A DNA stretch of 64,000 nt from Macrostomum lignano (lineage: Eukaryota). Both the position numbers and the translations under genes were made by a program. The stretch covers positions 525,984 to 589,983 of the forward strand of contig NIVC01000460.1 of the NCBI GenBank assembly GCA_002269645.1. Direction: 5' to 3'. Below the pieces are notes generated by a model, which saw nothing but the letters and a program-made list of their open reading frames with translations, was not told the origin of the DNA and ran no database searches. Position 1 is the first letter of the stretch. The number at the start of each line of letters is the position of its first letter. Of the stretch, positions 1 through 19,150 are shown piece after piece.

Positions 1-690
1 CCTGAGTTCCTGAGTTCCTGAGTTCATGAGTTCCTGAGTTCCTGAGTTCATGAGTTCCTGAGTTAATGAGTTCCTGAGTTCATGAGTTCCTGAGTTCATG
101 AGTTCCTGAGTTCCTGAGTTCATGGGTTCCTGAGTTCCTGGGTTCCTGAGTTCATGAGTTCATGAGTTCCTGGGTTCCTGAGTTCATGAGTTCATGAGTT
201 CATGGGTTCCTGAGTTCCTGGGTTCCTGAGTTCATGGGTTCCAGAGTTCATGAGTTCCTGAGTTCATGGGTTCCTGAGTTCCTGGGTTCCTGAGTTCCTG
301 GGTTCCTGAGTTCCTGGGTTCCTGAGTTCATGAGTTCCTGAGTTCATGGGTTCCTGAGTTCATGAGTTCCTGAGTTCATGGGTTCCTGAGTTCATGAGTT
401 CCTGAGTTCATGGGTTCCTGAGTTCATGAGTTCCTGAGTTCATGGGTTCCTGAGTTCCTGGGTTCCTGAGTTCCTGGGTTCCTGAGTTCATGAGTTCCTG
501 AGTTCATGGGTTCCTGAGTTCATGAGTTCCTGAGTTCCTGGGTTCCTGAGTTCATGAGTTCCTGAGTTCATGGGTTCCTGAGTTCCTGGGTTCCTGAGTT
601 CCTGGGTTCCAGAGTTCATGAGTTCCTGGGTTCCTGAGTTCCTGGATTTATGTGTTATTGAGTTTATGAAATTATGAGTTCATGAGTTCA
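1..690. repeat. 9-bp minisatellite (C[C/A]TG[A/G]GTTC)n, truncated by window start
   Basis: Direct tandem of CCTGAGTTC/CATGAGTTC/CCTGGGTTC/CATGGGTTC, degenerating after about 640. Confidence 0.95.
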
Positions 691-1119
691 GGGTTCCTGA
701 ATTATTTAAATAGCCCTTAAAAACTGCATCACTAATTGCTTGGCCATAGTTTAATTGGCTACGTAAAATCTGCTCAAAAAGAGCATCTCTCAGCCGCAGA
801 TCTGTCCCTTCTGCGTAGATTTTAATTGACTGTTCGTCATTTCTGTTCCCGGGGATTATAAAGCCTGTGACGGTTGGGGGTCTTTCTTCTTGAAACTAAA
901 AATGATAGCTGGGGAATGGTGCTAATAATAATTACCTTTGTGTGGCCGCAGTCCTACCTGTCTGCCTGTTTAAGAAAACCGTTAGTCGACTGGATTCGAG
1001 ATTAAAAACCTCCACTAGGTTTAAAAAATTGGTTGTCAATTTATTAACTGATGGTTGATGAGTAAGAAGATTGGCTGACTTCACAAACGACGAAGTTTTA
1101 TTAATAGAAATATCTTGTA

Positions 1120-1362
1120 GCGGGCGGCCCGCCAAGTCTCTCTATCTGGCCCTCGGGTCCTTTGAAACTTCACAATAGCAATCCGGCCCGCTCAAGCCAA
1201 GGTTGGTGTCGCTTTTCAGCTCTCTTCTCTCTCCAATCTCCTCTCCTCTCCTCTCCCCTATATTCTCTCTTCTATCCCTTGTTCTATCCTTTCTCCTCTT
1301 CTCTCTCCTCTTCTCTTCTCTCCTCTCTCGGGCCCGGGAGATAGAGTTTGCCAACGGCCCTG
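1120..1362. mobile_element. Fragment of a CT/GA-rich non-autonomous DNA transposon (hAT-like), related to the copy at 7893
   Basis: Shares CTCTATCTGGCCCTCG..TTGAAACTTC..CAAGGTTGGTGTC plus a CT tract with 7925-8140. Ends in GAGTTTGCCAACGGCCCTG, the reverse complement of the CAGGGGTTGGCAAACTC end of the second copy. No TSD found. Confidence 0.5.
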
Positions 1363-1624
1363 CTAAAAAAGTCCGTATTCAATGGTAGCTACAAAAGGAA
1401 AATGATCATTTAGCCTAGAGAAATTTACGCCTAAAAGTTTCAATGTAAACTAATTTTTTTCAAAATAAATGAACTGAACTTATATAAGGTTTAATTAGAG
1501 TCTTCGACTTTCATCTCTTTTAGACTACGAGTATCTTAATTGTACTAAAAGTGACGCGATTATGAGTGTAATCCGGACAAGAATTACACTAAGTTTGGCG
1601 GATTATTTGCTGGTCCTGCCGGCG

Positions 1625-2600
1625 TCCATGTAGGCGGAGCGCTTCGATCTTACTGGTGTCCCTGGAGGCGGAACGCATCTTACCGGCGTCCCTGGAGGCG
1701 GAGCGCATCTTACCGGCATCCCTGGAGGCGGAGCGCATCTTACCGGCGTCCCTGGAGTCGGAGCGCATCTTACCGGTGTCCCTGGAGGCGGAGCGCTTCG
1801 ATCTTACGGGTATCCCTGAAGGTGGAGCGCATCTTACCGGCGTCCCTGGAGGCGGAGCGCTTCTTACCGGTGTCCCTGGAGGCGGAGCGCTTCGATCTTA
1901 CGGGTATCCCTGAAGGTGGAGCGCATCTTACCGGCGTCCCTGGAGGCGGAGCGCATCTTACCGGCGTCCCTGGAGGCGGAGCGCATCTTACCGGCGTCCC
2001 TGGAGGCGGAGCGCATCTTACAGGTGTCCCTGGAGGCGGAGCGCATCTTACCGGCGTCCCTGGAGGCGGAGCGCATCTTACCGGCGTCCCTGGAGGCGGA
2101 GCGCATCTTACCGGCGTCCCTGAGGCGGAGCGCATCTTACCGGCGTCCCTAGGCCTGGAGGCGGAGCGCATCTTACCGGCGTCCCTGGAGGCGGAGCGCT
2201 TCGATCTTACGGGTATCCCTGAAGGTGGAGCGCATCTTACCGGCGTCCCTGGAGGCGGAGCGCTTCGATCTTACGGGTATCCCTGAAGGTGGAGCGCATC
2301 TTACCGGCGTCCCTGGAGGCGGAGCGCTTCGATCTTACGGGTATCCCTGAAGGTGGAGCGCATCTTACCGGCGTCCCTGGAGGCGGAGCGCTTCGATCTT
2401 ACGGGTATCCCTGAAGGTGGAGCGCTTCTTACTGGTGTCCCTGGAGGCGGAGCGCTTCTTACCGGCGTCCCTGGAGGCGGAGCGCTTCTTACCGGCGTCC
2501 CTGAAAGTGGAGCGCATCTTACCGGTGTCTTTGGAGGCGGAGCGCTTTTTACCGGTGTCCCTGGAGGCGGAGCGCTTCCTGCCGGCTTACCTAAGAGGGG
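1625..2600. repeat. GC-rich 30-bp minisatellite with 34-bp variant units
   Basis: Unit CCTGGAGGCGGAGCGCATCTTACCGGCGTC; the variant carries a TTCG insertion, giving a 30+34 higher-order pattern at 2160-2420. Confidence 0.95.
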
Positions 2601-2889
2601 GATGAGACTGGTGTTAGGACTACAATTGCTTATTCGTTCCTACAGTGGCACTTAATTCCTTAAAAATGGTACTGCACTTCTAAAAGAGGTCAAGCTGAAG
2701 ATAGCAACACGCATACATCGAGCCAACAACTTAATGGAATGAGAAATCTTGCAACCAAGACTTCAATTTCAGTTTGTAGACTATAGGCCGGGAAACGGAC
2801 CTACATAGCATTACCAAATATTTTGAGATGTGTATAGGGGTTTAATATTAATAATAACTGATTACACCTGCCTAATAGTCAGATGTGCA

Positions 2890-3146
2890 ATCGACAGCTC
2901 AGCCGCAGCTATTGCGCGGCGCATCTGAAGGCTGCGTACGGCTGTTCAGTCCAAGGACTGGGGGTCGCCACACACACCCTCAATTACCCCAGCTAATGCT
3001 GGCACCCATTTTACAGCTGAGTGAACTGAAGCAATGCAGAGTTAAGTATCTTTCTTAAGGACACAAATTGCTCCGAGTGGGTCGGGAATCGAACCCCCGA
3101 CCTTCCAGTCGTGAGTCCGACGCTCTCACCACTAGGCTACAACCCC
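2890..3146 (-). mobile_element. tRNA-derived CORE-SINE
   Basis: Minus strand reads GTAGCCTAGTGG (A box)...GGTTCGATTCC (B box), then TGTGTCCTTAAGAAAGATACTTAACTCTG...CAGCTGTAAAATGGG, matching the MIR/CORE domain as recalled (TGTGACCTTGGGCAAGTCACTTAACC...CATCTGTAAAATGGG). 3' end is approximate. Confidence 0.75.
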
Positions 3147-5179
3147 CAGGTTTAGAAAAATAATATATCAGAGGTTGAAAATTTGACTGCATGACCTAAG
3201 TATAGGCATCAGCAACAAGTCTCTGCACATGGTGTCATGAAATTTCCTTATACTTCGAATCGAATGTTAGCAGCTGTGTAAAAATAACTGAGTTTTGTTT
3301 GTTTAAAATCAATTTAATCGATAGATTTCTAGCTGACACTTTCTCATTCGCCTCTGCAGGCTTAAGCCAACCTGCTGCAGAGTGTCTGATAATAGATTAA
3401 CCCAAACCAAATTAAGCCAATGGGAACAAATTGTGCATCCAAATCCATTAAGCAGATTTCGGCTGTCGGCAATTGATGCTTAGAGTCATATAAAAGATCT
3501 CTCTGAGCTCCAATATAATTTATTTCCCTAGCTAGCCGCGGGCGATCGGTACAAGCGCAGTGTACATGTGTGCAGCTGTACATGTAGAGATTAAATTATG
3601 CTATTCGGGTGTATCCTCCGGACTGTTTTGTACGGGCCGAGAATTCGCTTAACGTATTCAGAGAATGAAGTCGCAAGACTTGACAAATCTCTCAAGATGT
3701 TATGTTATGATCGCAGCGGAGCCTTTCTGCCTGATTGAGACGTCGATCGGGATGCGTCATTGGGAAGATGGAGGGATAAGAACGGTTTTAGACAATATTT
3801 ATCTCCGTTAAGTGCAATCTGACTTGATTGAAGTGGTTTAATGCCGAGTCCTGACTTTTTCTCGTTAACTAATTTTATCCTTTGTTTTTATTTCTGCAAG
3901 AATCGACCTTTATGGTCCGCAGTTTAGAACTATTTTCATTTTAGTATATAGGATACATGCAGATGATGCTGCTGATATTGGACAATATTTGTATTGATTT
4001 CAGTTTCACAACTGGGATTATTTTTGCTAGCTACGATCTAATTTTTGCGCAGGTGGTCACTGGGAGTGGTGCGACAGAATTATGGCATATTACAACAGAC
4101 GCTCATGTTATAGATCGAGAGAAGCTGTATATTTAAACTCATAAAGAGGACTGCACAGTTCATGGTTGCCGTTCAAGTATTAGCTCTCGTTAAAAACCTG
4201 TGCAATGTACGTCTGCATGTATAGGTAATAAAATTCTTTGATCACCTTAATTAATTTCGCCCCTAATAGTAGTCTTTCCCCTCGACCCTCGATCACATCA
4301 TATAGTCTCCCCTGACCAGATTAAACATGTATAGTCTCTCCCCTGACAAATACTATGCATCCAATATTGTATGACTCATGAGCAGTAGAGTTCAAATCTC
4401 CAATGGTATTGAATGTTGAATCCCAAAAAAGTCATTAGAAAGTGAAAGGTTTTTTCTGTTTTAATTTTTAGCCTAATATAATTCTATATATATGGTATAA
4501 TTAACATTACTTAAACTTTATTGGACATACTTATTGGAAAGCTTAATTGAACTCGCTTAGCCTTAGGGTAGGCCTAGAGGATTCATTTGTTATTCCTACT
4601 AAATGGTAAATTTTCGAATTGAATTTCGGCGAAATCTTTATAAATGAAATAAAAGAGCTAAGTCGATAGTTCTCTGCCAAGTTTCGTTCGTACAACTCGT
4701 ACCATAAGCATGATGGGTCTACTATGGCGAGCATGCAGCATAAGCCTAAGCCTAACTTGGGCGAGGCTCTTAAGTAAATAAAATAGCGGAAAGCTGTCAG
4801 TTAAGGCCTATTCATTTAATTTGATAAACTTAGGCTAGGCCTAGTCTTATTTATTTTATGGCCTAGATGGACAAAGTCTAAGCGGCCCCTAAGCCTTAAG
4901 TAAACTAGAAAACTTATAATTTTTTGATGATCCTTTATTTGTTATGCAACAGAAACTCAATGTACTCTTTAAAAGCTTTAAAGCGTGTTGGGCATAAACC
5001 ATTTTCAAGGTAGTCATTATTTGCATAGTACCTTGTAAATAGTGCCAGTGTTATTTACACAGTAACTGAAATAAATACCTTATAAGTAGTTATCCTATCA
5101 AGGACTACCCACTATTTGTCTCTGTATCTTTTATTTTCATAATGAGTTTAAACTAGGCCTAATTAAAGTTGGTAGATGG

Positions 5180-5581
5180 TAGAGGTCAGATGGGATTGAA
5201 ATTGGGCAGGATCGGGATCAGGAATAATTTTTTTCTTGGGATCCGGATCGGGATTGGGATTCAAGAATCGGGATCAGGTCTTTTAGTGTATTGTCCATGT
5301 AAAGTTAAACAAAATTGAGAAAAGATTGTCAAGATCAAGCAGTAAAACACAACGAAATTGATATGGTTTTGTAACCAACAAAGTAAATAATGTAACGAGT
5401 ACAAGTTAAAGCAAAATACCTTCAAGTAATCACTATTACACTAATTCTGTAAATTTTTAATCAAAAGACTTGTTCCCGAATCTTGAGTTTTTTAGGGTCA
5501 GGATTCTGGTCCCGCGGGAATTTAATTTTCTTCGGGATCCTAAGATTTCGGGATCAGGATCGGGATTCCGTCCAATCTCTA
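5180..5581. mobile_element. hAT-type MITE, 402 bp, with 8-bp TSD
   Basis: TSD GTAGATGG at 5172-5179 and 5582-5589; imperfect TIRs TAGAGGTCAGATGGGATT / GATTCCGTCCAATCTCTA; subterminal GGGATC/CGGGAT motifs at both ends. Confidence 0.8.
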
Positions 5582-6826
5582 GTAGATGGAGTTTATGTGT
5601 GATTTATATGTTAATAGCTTAGCTTTTTTATTAACTTGTAGTACTTGTACTATTATTAATGCAAAGTATGAAGGTTTCTCAAAACAAACAAACAAGAATT
5701 AGCCTTCAAAAGGATAGATTTGTGGTCAAATGTTATTGGACCATAGAATAGTATATAATAATATATACAAAAATATATAAAAAAATGTTGTAGAAACAAA
5801 AAGCTATAAAATAACACCTAACTAAAACACTAAAATCAGTTATAAAATTAAAAAGTTACAGATATTTTACTGCAAAAAACATGCTTTTTTGCCCAAAAAC
5901 AGTATAGTTTTTACTGTATTTGAAATAAGGAAAGAACATTTTTTTAAAGAAAAAACTTCATAACTTTTTTATTATTTGATCAATTTTCTAAAGTCTAGTG
6001 TCATTTCACTCATAATATCCAGGGCTACAACATGGCATGGTTAAAACTTTGGATTTTGAATTTTTTTCTCATTAGACCTCTTAACCATAGCTATAAGTAT
6101 ACTAGATAATATATAAAACTAGTCTTTTTTAGTTACTGTGTAAACAATAACTGCATTATTTATACGGTACCATGCAAAAAACAAGTGCCCATTTTTGAAC
6201 CTAATAATAACATTGAGAAAATTAAAATTTGTTCATTTATTAATTAGGCATAATTTATCTAACTAGCTTAACCCTAAGAACTAGGCCTAACAAAAAACTT
6301 TGGGTAGCAGGGCTAAAAATTCCTTTATATTTAAAGCTAAGATTAGGCAAAAAGTGGCTAGAATTAGGTATATTAGACAATTCAAAATTAAATAGCTTAG
6401 GGCCTAGCAGATGCACACAAATTTGGCAATGAAAAAATTCAGCAATATAAATTTTTAATATAGAAAATTTAGCAAAAGCAAACTTGGCAACAATCTAGAC
6501 AAATTTGGTGACACATCTTTTTATATCTAGACAGATTTAGTAAAATTACATGTAGGCCTAATACTTTCTCAAAATGCTTATAAAAGTTATAAATGTGAAA
6601 TAATAGCCACATACATACATGCGCAACTGCTGGCCGACCTGGCCGATCCGGCCACCGTAAATCGTGGCTGACCACGGGTAAGTCGCTAAATTGAGTCAAC
6701 CAAAAACCAAAAAACACAAGAACCAAGACAGGCAAGAGGAAAGCGAAAGAAAGAGCAGTTCAGGGAAAATGGTGAAGCAAAAGAAAAACAATTCGCAAAA
6801 GAAGCAAGCTAAGTTGTAAAAATAAT

Positions 6827-7720
6827 CAGGTAAGTCGCAAAAAGGATTAGGTAAGTCGCAAAAGAAGAAAACTAAGTCGCAAAAAGGATCAGGTAAGTCG
6901 CAACAGGAATCAGGTAAGTTGCAAAAGAAGCAAACTAAGTCGCAAAAAGGATCAGGTAAGTTGCAAAAGGGTTAGGTAAGTCGCAAAAAAGATTAGGTAA
7001 GTCGCAAAAAAGAATTAGGTAAGTCGCAAAAAGGATTAGGTAAGTCGCAAAAAGGATCAGGTAAGACGCAAAAAGGATCAGGTAAGTCGCAAAAAGGATT
7101 AGGTAAGTCGCAAAAAGGATTAGGTAAGTCGCAAAAAGAATCAGGTAAGTCGCAAAAGGATCAGCTAAGTCGCAAAAAGATTAGGTAAGTCGCAAAAGGG
7201 TTAGGTAAGTCGCAAAAGGATTAGGTAAGTCGCAAAAAGGATTAAGTAAGTCGCAAAAAGGATTAGGTAAGTCGCAAAAAGGATTAGGTAAGTCGCAAAA
7301 AGGATTAGGTAAGTCGCAAAAAGGATTAAGTAAGTCGCAAAAAGGATTAGGTAAGTCGCAAAAGGGTTAGGTAAGTCGCAAAAGGATTAGGTAAGTTGCA
7401 AAAAGGATTAAGTAAGTCGGAAAAAGGATTAGGTAAGTCGCAAAAGGGTTAGGTAAGTCGCAAAAAAGATTAGGTAAGTCGCAAAAGGATTAGGTAAGTC
7501 GCAAAAATGATTAGGTAAGTTGCAAAAAGGATTAAGTAAGTCGCAAAAAGGATTAAGTAAGTCGCAAAAAGGATTAAGTAAGTCGCAAAAAGGATTAGGT
7601 AAGTTGCAAAAAGGATTAAGTAAGTTGCAAAAAGGATTAGGTAAGTCGCAAAAAGGATTAGGTAAGTCGCAAAAAGGATTAGGTAAGTCGCAAAAAGGAT
7701 TAGGTAAGTCGCAAAAAGAA
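6827..7720. repeat. 21-bp minisatellite (TAGGTAAGTCGCAAAAAGGAT)n, about 43 copies, inside the hAT element
   Basis: Direct tandem; explains the 7-aa periodic ORFs at 7429-7823. Confidence 0.95.
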
Positions 7721-7892
7721 GCAACAAATCGCAATAAGAGGGAAGTAAGTCACAATCAGAGGCAATCAGGGGGTAGTAGGTGCAAGTGTGGCAGGAGAGC
7801 AAAAACAGAATAGAAGCCTTCAACCACAGACAAGATCTTTGAAATCAGAAGCCCGCATCAACAGTTTCCCATTGATTTCTTAAACTCTGGAG

Positions 7893-8640
7893 CAGGGGTT
7901 GGCAAACTCCGGCTCGCGAAGCCCCTCTATCTGGCCCTCGCCCCTCGGGTTCCTTGAAACTTCCTAACTAGCAAGGTTGGTGTCTCTTCAACTCTCATCT
8001 CTCTCTTCTTCTCTACCTTGCCTCCCCTCTTCTCTCTCTCCCCCCTTTTCCCTCTTCTCTCTCCTCTCATTTTTACTCTCCTCTCTTCTCCCCCTTTCTC
8101 TCTACCCTTTCTCCTCAATGCCCTCTTCTCTCCTCTTATCTTCAGCAAAAATATGTGCATATTTTCTTACTTCAAAGTAGAGGGAATAGAAGATTAGAGA
8201 TAAGCAAACAGAGGAGAGGCGAGCGTTGCGATGGAAGAAAAGATAGAAGAGGAGAGAAAAGCTGAGGGAGAAAAAAGAGATGAGAGAGAAGAGGAGATTA
8301 GAGGAAAGAGGAAAGAAAAGATGATGGATGAGATCAGAAGAGAGGAAAGAGGAAAGAGGAGAGAGTAGATGAGAGAAGAGAGGATAAAGAGGAGATGAGA
8401 GGAGAGTGAAGAGAGGAGAGATGAGAGAGGAGAGATAAGATGAGAGAGTAGAGTGGAGAGAGACGAGAGGGAAGATAAGATGAGAGAGTAGAGTGAAATG
8501 GAGAGAGACGAGAGGAGAGATAAGAATGTAGAGAGGAGACAGAAGAGATAGGAGAGGAGAGGAAAGAGAGAAGGGATAAGGGATGAGAGAGAAAAGAAAA
8601 AGAGGATGAGAAGATTGAGGAATGGAGAGAATTTGCAAAG
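7893..8640. mobile_element. Nested fragment of the CAGGGGTTGGCAAAC-ended element followed by CT- and GA-rich low-complexity tracts
   Basis: Starts CAGGGGTTGGCAAACTCC at 7893; homologous to 1120-1362; right TIR not found. Confidence 0.5.
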
Positions 8641-11600
8641 GCCTCAAATCTTAGTTTAACATGCATTACTCCCATCTTTGCCTTTTTCCTAACTGTTAAC
8701 AAGTTTTTGTTTGAGCATGACTTCAAATTTAGAATCTATGCAAAAATAGTTCCGGGAATTAGAATTCAGTGGTTTAAAAATCTGTGGGTTTTCACAGCTT
8801 GTATCTCTACTGGATTCGTATTCTGCATCTGATGAGCCATCTGAATCAGGGCTCTCATCTTCCATGCCAAATCGTCTAGCAAATCGTTCTTGAGCTATAG
8901 GTCACACTGTATTCACTTCACTTACTTCTGGACATTCATGAATCATGACTTTTGTAGTATGCTCACTACACTGTACTGACAATTTACTAATTGCTTCATG
9001 CCGCCACTAGATGACATACTGATTAGCTGTTATAAAAACGCGGAATCTGCACGCAGCACTAATTAGCTGGCGAGGTATTTAGCTTTAAAAATATGGTCAT
9101 AGTTACTCCTGCCGTTTACCTAAAGTTTTTGCTTGGCTCTTTCATAGGTAAGTCGCATTTTTTATCGAAAACTAAGTCGCACGGCCAGCGTAATTTCAGA
9201 AGTTGCGCATGTATGGCCACATAGGTATATTAAAAAACCAAAAAAGTATTTTGTGAAATTCAACATCCTCTATCTTTGAGATTATAATGGTGCATGCGGG
9301 CCACTTAACATTTTAAACTTTGTCATTTTTCATTGCATGGCATATTTTTGCAAATCCTTTTCTCCAACATTGTAACCAAGTAAAGGACATTATTAGGCAT
9401 ACAAGAAAATTGTGCTTCTCATTTTTCAAGTCTAAAAGGTTTTTGCTTATGAGGCCACCCAACTTTAAATTGACATAGAGATGAAAGAAAGAAAAATTTG
9501 TCAATTAGTTGGTGATTTGCTGATACCAATGAAGTGGGATGGTTCAATTCTGAATTTCTGCCACAAGTTATACTAGTTATACCCTTGCAAGTAAATGACT
9601 CAATATAAAGCTATGTCAAATATATATACAATTAAAAGAAACTAGTAAGCAAGGTATTAAAATGAAAGGTGATAAAATATTAAAAGTAGCAGGTTAGGAG
9701 AGAGGCATAAGAACCATGTGGCCTGGACCAGGCCTTATAAATAGTAAGCAGAAACATTAGATCCACACATGGGGTGACAGATAGGGCAAGTGCAAGGGCA
9801 ATGGGTAGGGCAATAGATGGGGCCATAGAAAACAAACAAACAAAACAAGGCTGACAGAGGGGGAAAAGAATGGGACAGGGGAAGGCCGCCAGAAGGAGCA
9901 AGTGATAGAAAATATGTCATGCAAATGTCTATCAAATAACTAGTAGTAGTTTGCCTTACCATAGGTGTAGGGGCACTGTGCAATGACAAACAAAGATAGT
10001 CTCCTAGCTGTTACTGGAGTTGTCCATCATAGGATGAGCCGGAAGTGCATCTGCCGCAGCCAGATATGCGAGATTCGTGCTCTGCCTAGCCATACTAGCA
10101 AGACGGCCTTGGTGGCAAAGCTATAAGATAGCTGGCAGCATGCCTTGGCCTAGAGTGGTAGCATACTCAACCCCTAGGTCAACAATAGCATTAACAAAAA
10201 AATTAGGGGCTTCACAAAGTAATGGAAATGCAATTGAGCAATAATTTACTGTATCACATATATATTATGCATATGAAAAATAATTTCTAAAAGATAGCAA
10301 ATGTCCATAGATTGACAGGAATAGTTGCCTAAGCAGCCTTAGTTGCCTAAGTTGCTAATCACTTCTTGCTCCTTTCAGTGTGCTCTACCAATTCCTAAAT
10401 GTTGGCCTCTAGAAACTTAGTGAACATTCTTTGTCTACTGCAATTCTTGTAGAGTATCCAAGCATTATAAAGCTTCAAAAACTACTTTTTTATTTTCTTA
10501 CCTGGCAGATGGGGCTGCATATGACTATGTAATCTGTAAATGTTACCTATGCACCAATTGTAGGAAAGTGTTGACCTATTTTTTGTACTATTGTTTCTAC
10601 TCCTTAAATATTTTTTGGGTCTAAACCTTCTTAGCCACCTCTTTTATGTCTAGCAAATATAGTGTCTTCATTCTATATCTTTTCAATTTTATAGCCAATG
10701 CATCATTTTTGTGCATGAAGGCAATGTTGTTATGTTAGGTGGCACATAAAGCTATCTAAACTCAACTGGCACTGGCACACATTAAAATTCCTTGAGTCAG
10801 CATGTATTTCAACAGTAGATAGGATCTGAACCACTTTTTAACTAAGATGTGGTAGCCTTGGTTTAGCAGATAGTAGCAGAGCTTGACTAAAACCTTGCAA
10901 TGGTTCATCAAACTGGTAGTTCTGCTGTAGGGTTGATTAAACATAGAAGTTATATAAGTGGCCCCTTGCTACCCCACATGCAAAGTACAACTTTGTGCCA
11001 TACATTAACTTTGTCTCTTGTATAGCACTAAAGAGTTGTCTATGCTTATGTCCTCCTCAGGCTTATACACATTACTTGTAACGAAAGCATCTGTCTATGT
11101 TTGTAGCAATTGGCAAATCTAAGAAGGTGATTTGTTAATGGCCAGATCTTCGGCATAGTCAAAAACAGAGCAGACACAGAAGCTGTTTGAAGCAGTCATG
11201 AGAGAAAGCTTCAGCTACTTAAAAGTAAGGTGTTGTGTAATAGTTGCCTGTGTTCCAATACTCATTTATTTTAGTAATCTTGTCAGAGACTATGTAGAGA
11301 TGCATTCCTAGGGCTTTCTTTATCTGATTTGCACTGCAGTCTCTCCATTGCCCAAAACTCACAGGTAGGTCCTCAGCATTGACTGAGTGAATTGCTGCTT
11401 GTTGGTCCACTTTGCAAGGTCTTCAGAGGCTTATCTAGCAAAATAGCCTAGAAATAAGGCAGTAATTGCTCAACAATTTTCAACTGTAATTCCTGGATTC
11501 AGTAATTATGCCAGAAATCGATTGACTGTCTGTTTCATCCAGCAATAGTGCCATAGTTTTGAGTAGTAGATACTTTAAGAACGACTTGTTTCAGTTGCAA

Positions 11601-12182
11601 AATATATTTAAGTTAGTTTATGAAGGCTTTGATTTTAGATTTTTCCCTAGGCTATGCATTTTTAGCAGACTAAGGTGGCATAGTCATAGACTGGGAAAGC
11701 TATCCTTAAGTGGAATATATTTTTATATTTATCAAAAAGTGGTACTCACCTTTTAAAGGATACCAGCTGCCATATCGATCCAAATTCTGGAATTTCAGGT
11801 ATACAATTTCCTCTACCAAGTAATACTTATGTATTGTGTATGTTTTTTATTCAATTTGTGACATATCTTGGGACATGTTTTATAGTATAATCTATCCAAT
11901 ATTAACTTTTCAGATTCTAACCTGACACATTCAATATTTAGCTTTAAAAGCTTTCTTAACGTGCTGTTTAAAACTTTGAAAAATTGAATTTCGACACTAT
12001 CTATGAGCATAAAAATGGACAACAATGGTGTTCTTGATGATGATTTGGCAACGAAAGTGAGTAACCAATTAAAATTATGATACTTCTAATGTATAGCACA
12101 AATATTAAAAATTGCAAGCTAGTATTAGGTTGCTTTGTATCCACTAATTGCCACTGATTCCGATTTCTAAAAACCTTATAAA

Positions 12183-12487
12183 TATGATCCACAGGATACT
12201 GACCCTATGATCCACAGAATACTGTCCCTATGATCCACAGACTCCTGACCCTATCATCCACAGACTCCTGACCCTATAATCCACAGACTCCTGACCCTAT
12301 GATCCACAGACTCCTGACCCTATCATCCACAGACTCCTGACCCTATGATCCACAGACTCCTGACCCTATGATCCACAGACTCCTGACCCTATGATCCACA
12401 GACTCCTGACCCTATGATCCACAGACTCCTGACCGTATCATCCACAGACTCTTGACTCTATGATCCACAGACTCCTGACCCTATGAT
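12183..12487. repeat. 23-bp minisatellite (CTCCTGACCCTATGATCCACAGA)n, about 13 copies
   Basis: Direct tandem. Confidence 0.95.
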
Positions 12488-12603
12488 GTAGGGAATATTT
12501 TCTCTTGTGAACTATCCTAGTTCATTCCATCCGTTTAACAATTATAGCGCTCTCCACTGATATTTAGTTATATAGATTAATTTTTTTTCTATTAAAAATT
12601 CAG

Positions 12604-18701
<6,098 letters not shown>

Positions 18702-19150
18702 GGTTCGAGTCTGAGCACTGCTCATGCTTTGAGAGTCCACTGCCTTAGCCCCAACCCCTGTCTGTTGATCGGCTCACTTCACTTTCACTGATATATATAA
18801 AAGTTGTTTTTTAAAAACAATGAAAATTGAAGCAATGTAAGCTTTATATTATAATATTCGGTTTCGTATGAAGGCTTACTAAGTCAAGTTAATGAAGGCC
18901 TTAGTTTAAGTTGTAAAAAGTGCCTGTTTATTGCTGCGCTGTGTCTGCGAGAGATCAGATATTAGCCTGACTCTACATGTATGCTATATTTTATTACAGG
19001 TTTGATGCGCACTATGCAGCCTGCCATTTATAGAATATACCCGGGAGTCTGTATTGATGTAGTCCTAGCTCGTATACTCAGCTGAGGTTAGGGCTCAGTT
19101 GTTGAACCCCCTATGCATGTAGTGATGACCTGCATAGCTGGTTAGATCTT

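Larger units (their letters stand above)
6614..9215. mobile_element. 2.6-kb non-autonomous hAT-like DNA transposon with perfect 15-bp TIRs and 8-bp TSD
   Basis: TIR CATACATGCGCAACT (6614-6628) / AGTTGCGCATGTATG (9201-9215); TSD GCCACATA at 6606-6613 and 9216-9223; no transposase ORF inside. Confidence 0.85.

Noticed and set aside
1625-2600. Elastin-like (GAHLTGVPGG)n ORFs
   Set aside because: Recurrent 34-bp units shift the frame, ORFs are open in several frames on both strands, and no splice signals were found; best explained as a non-coding minisatellite
3080-3146. tRNA gene on the minus strand
   Set aside because: It has A/B boxes but no convincing acceptor stem and runs directly into a CORE domain, so it is treated as a SINE head
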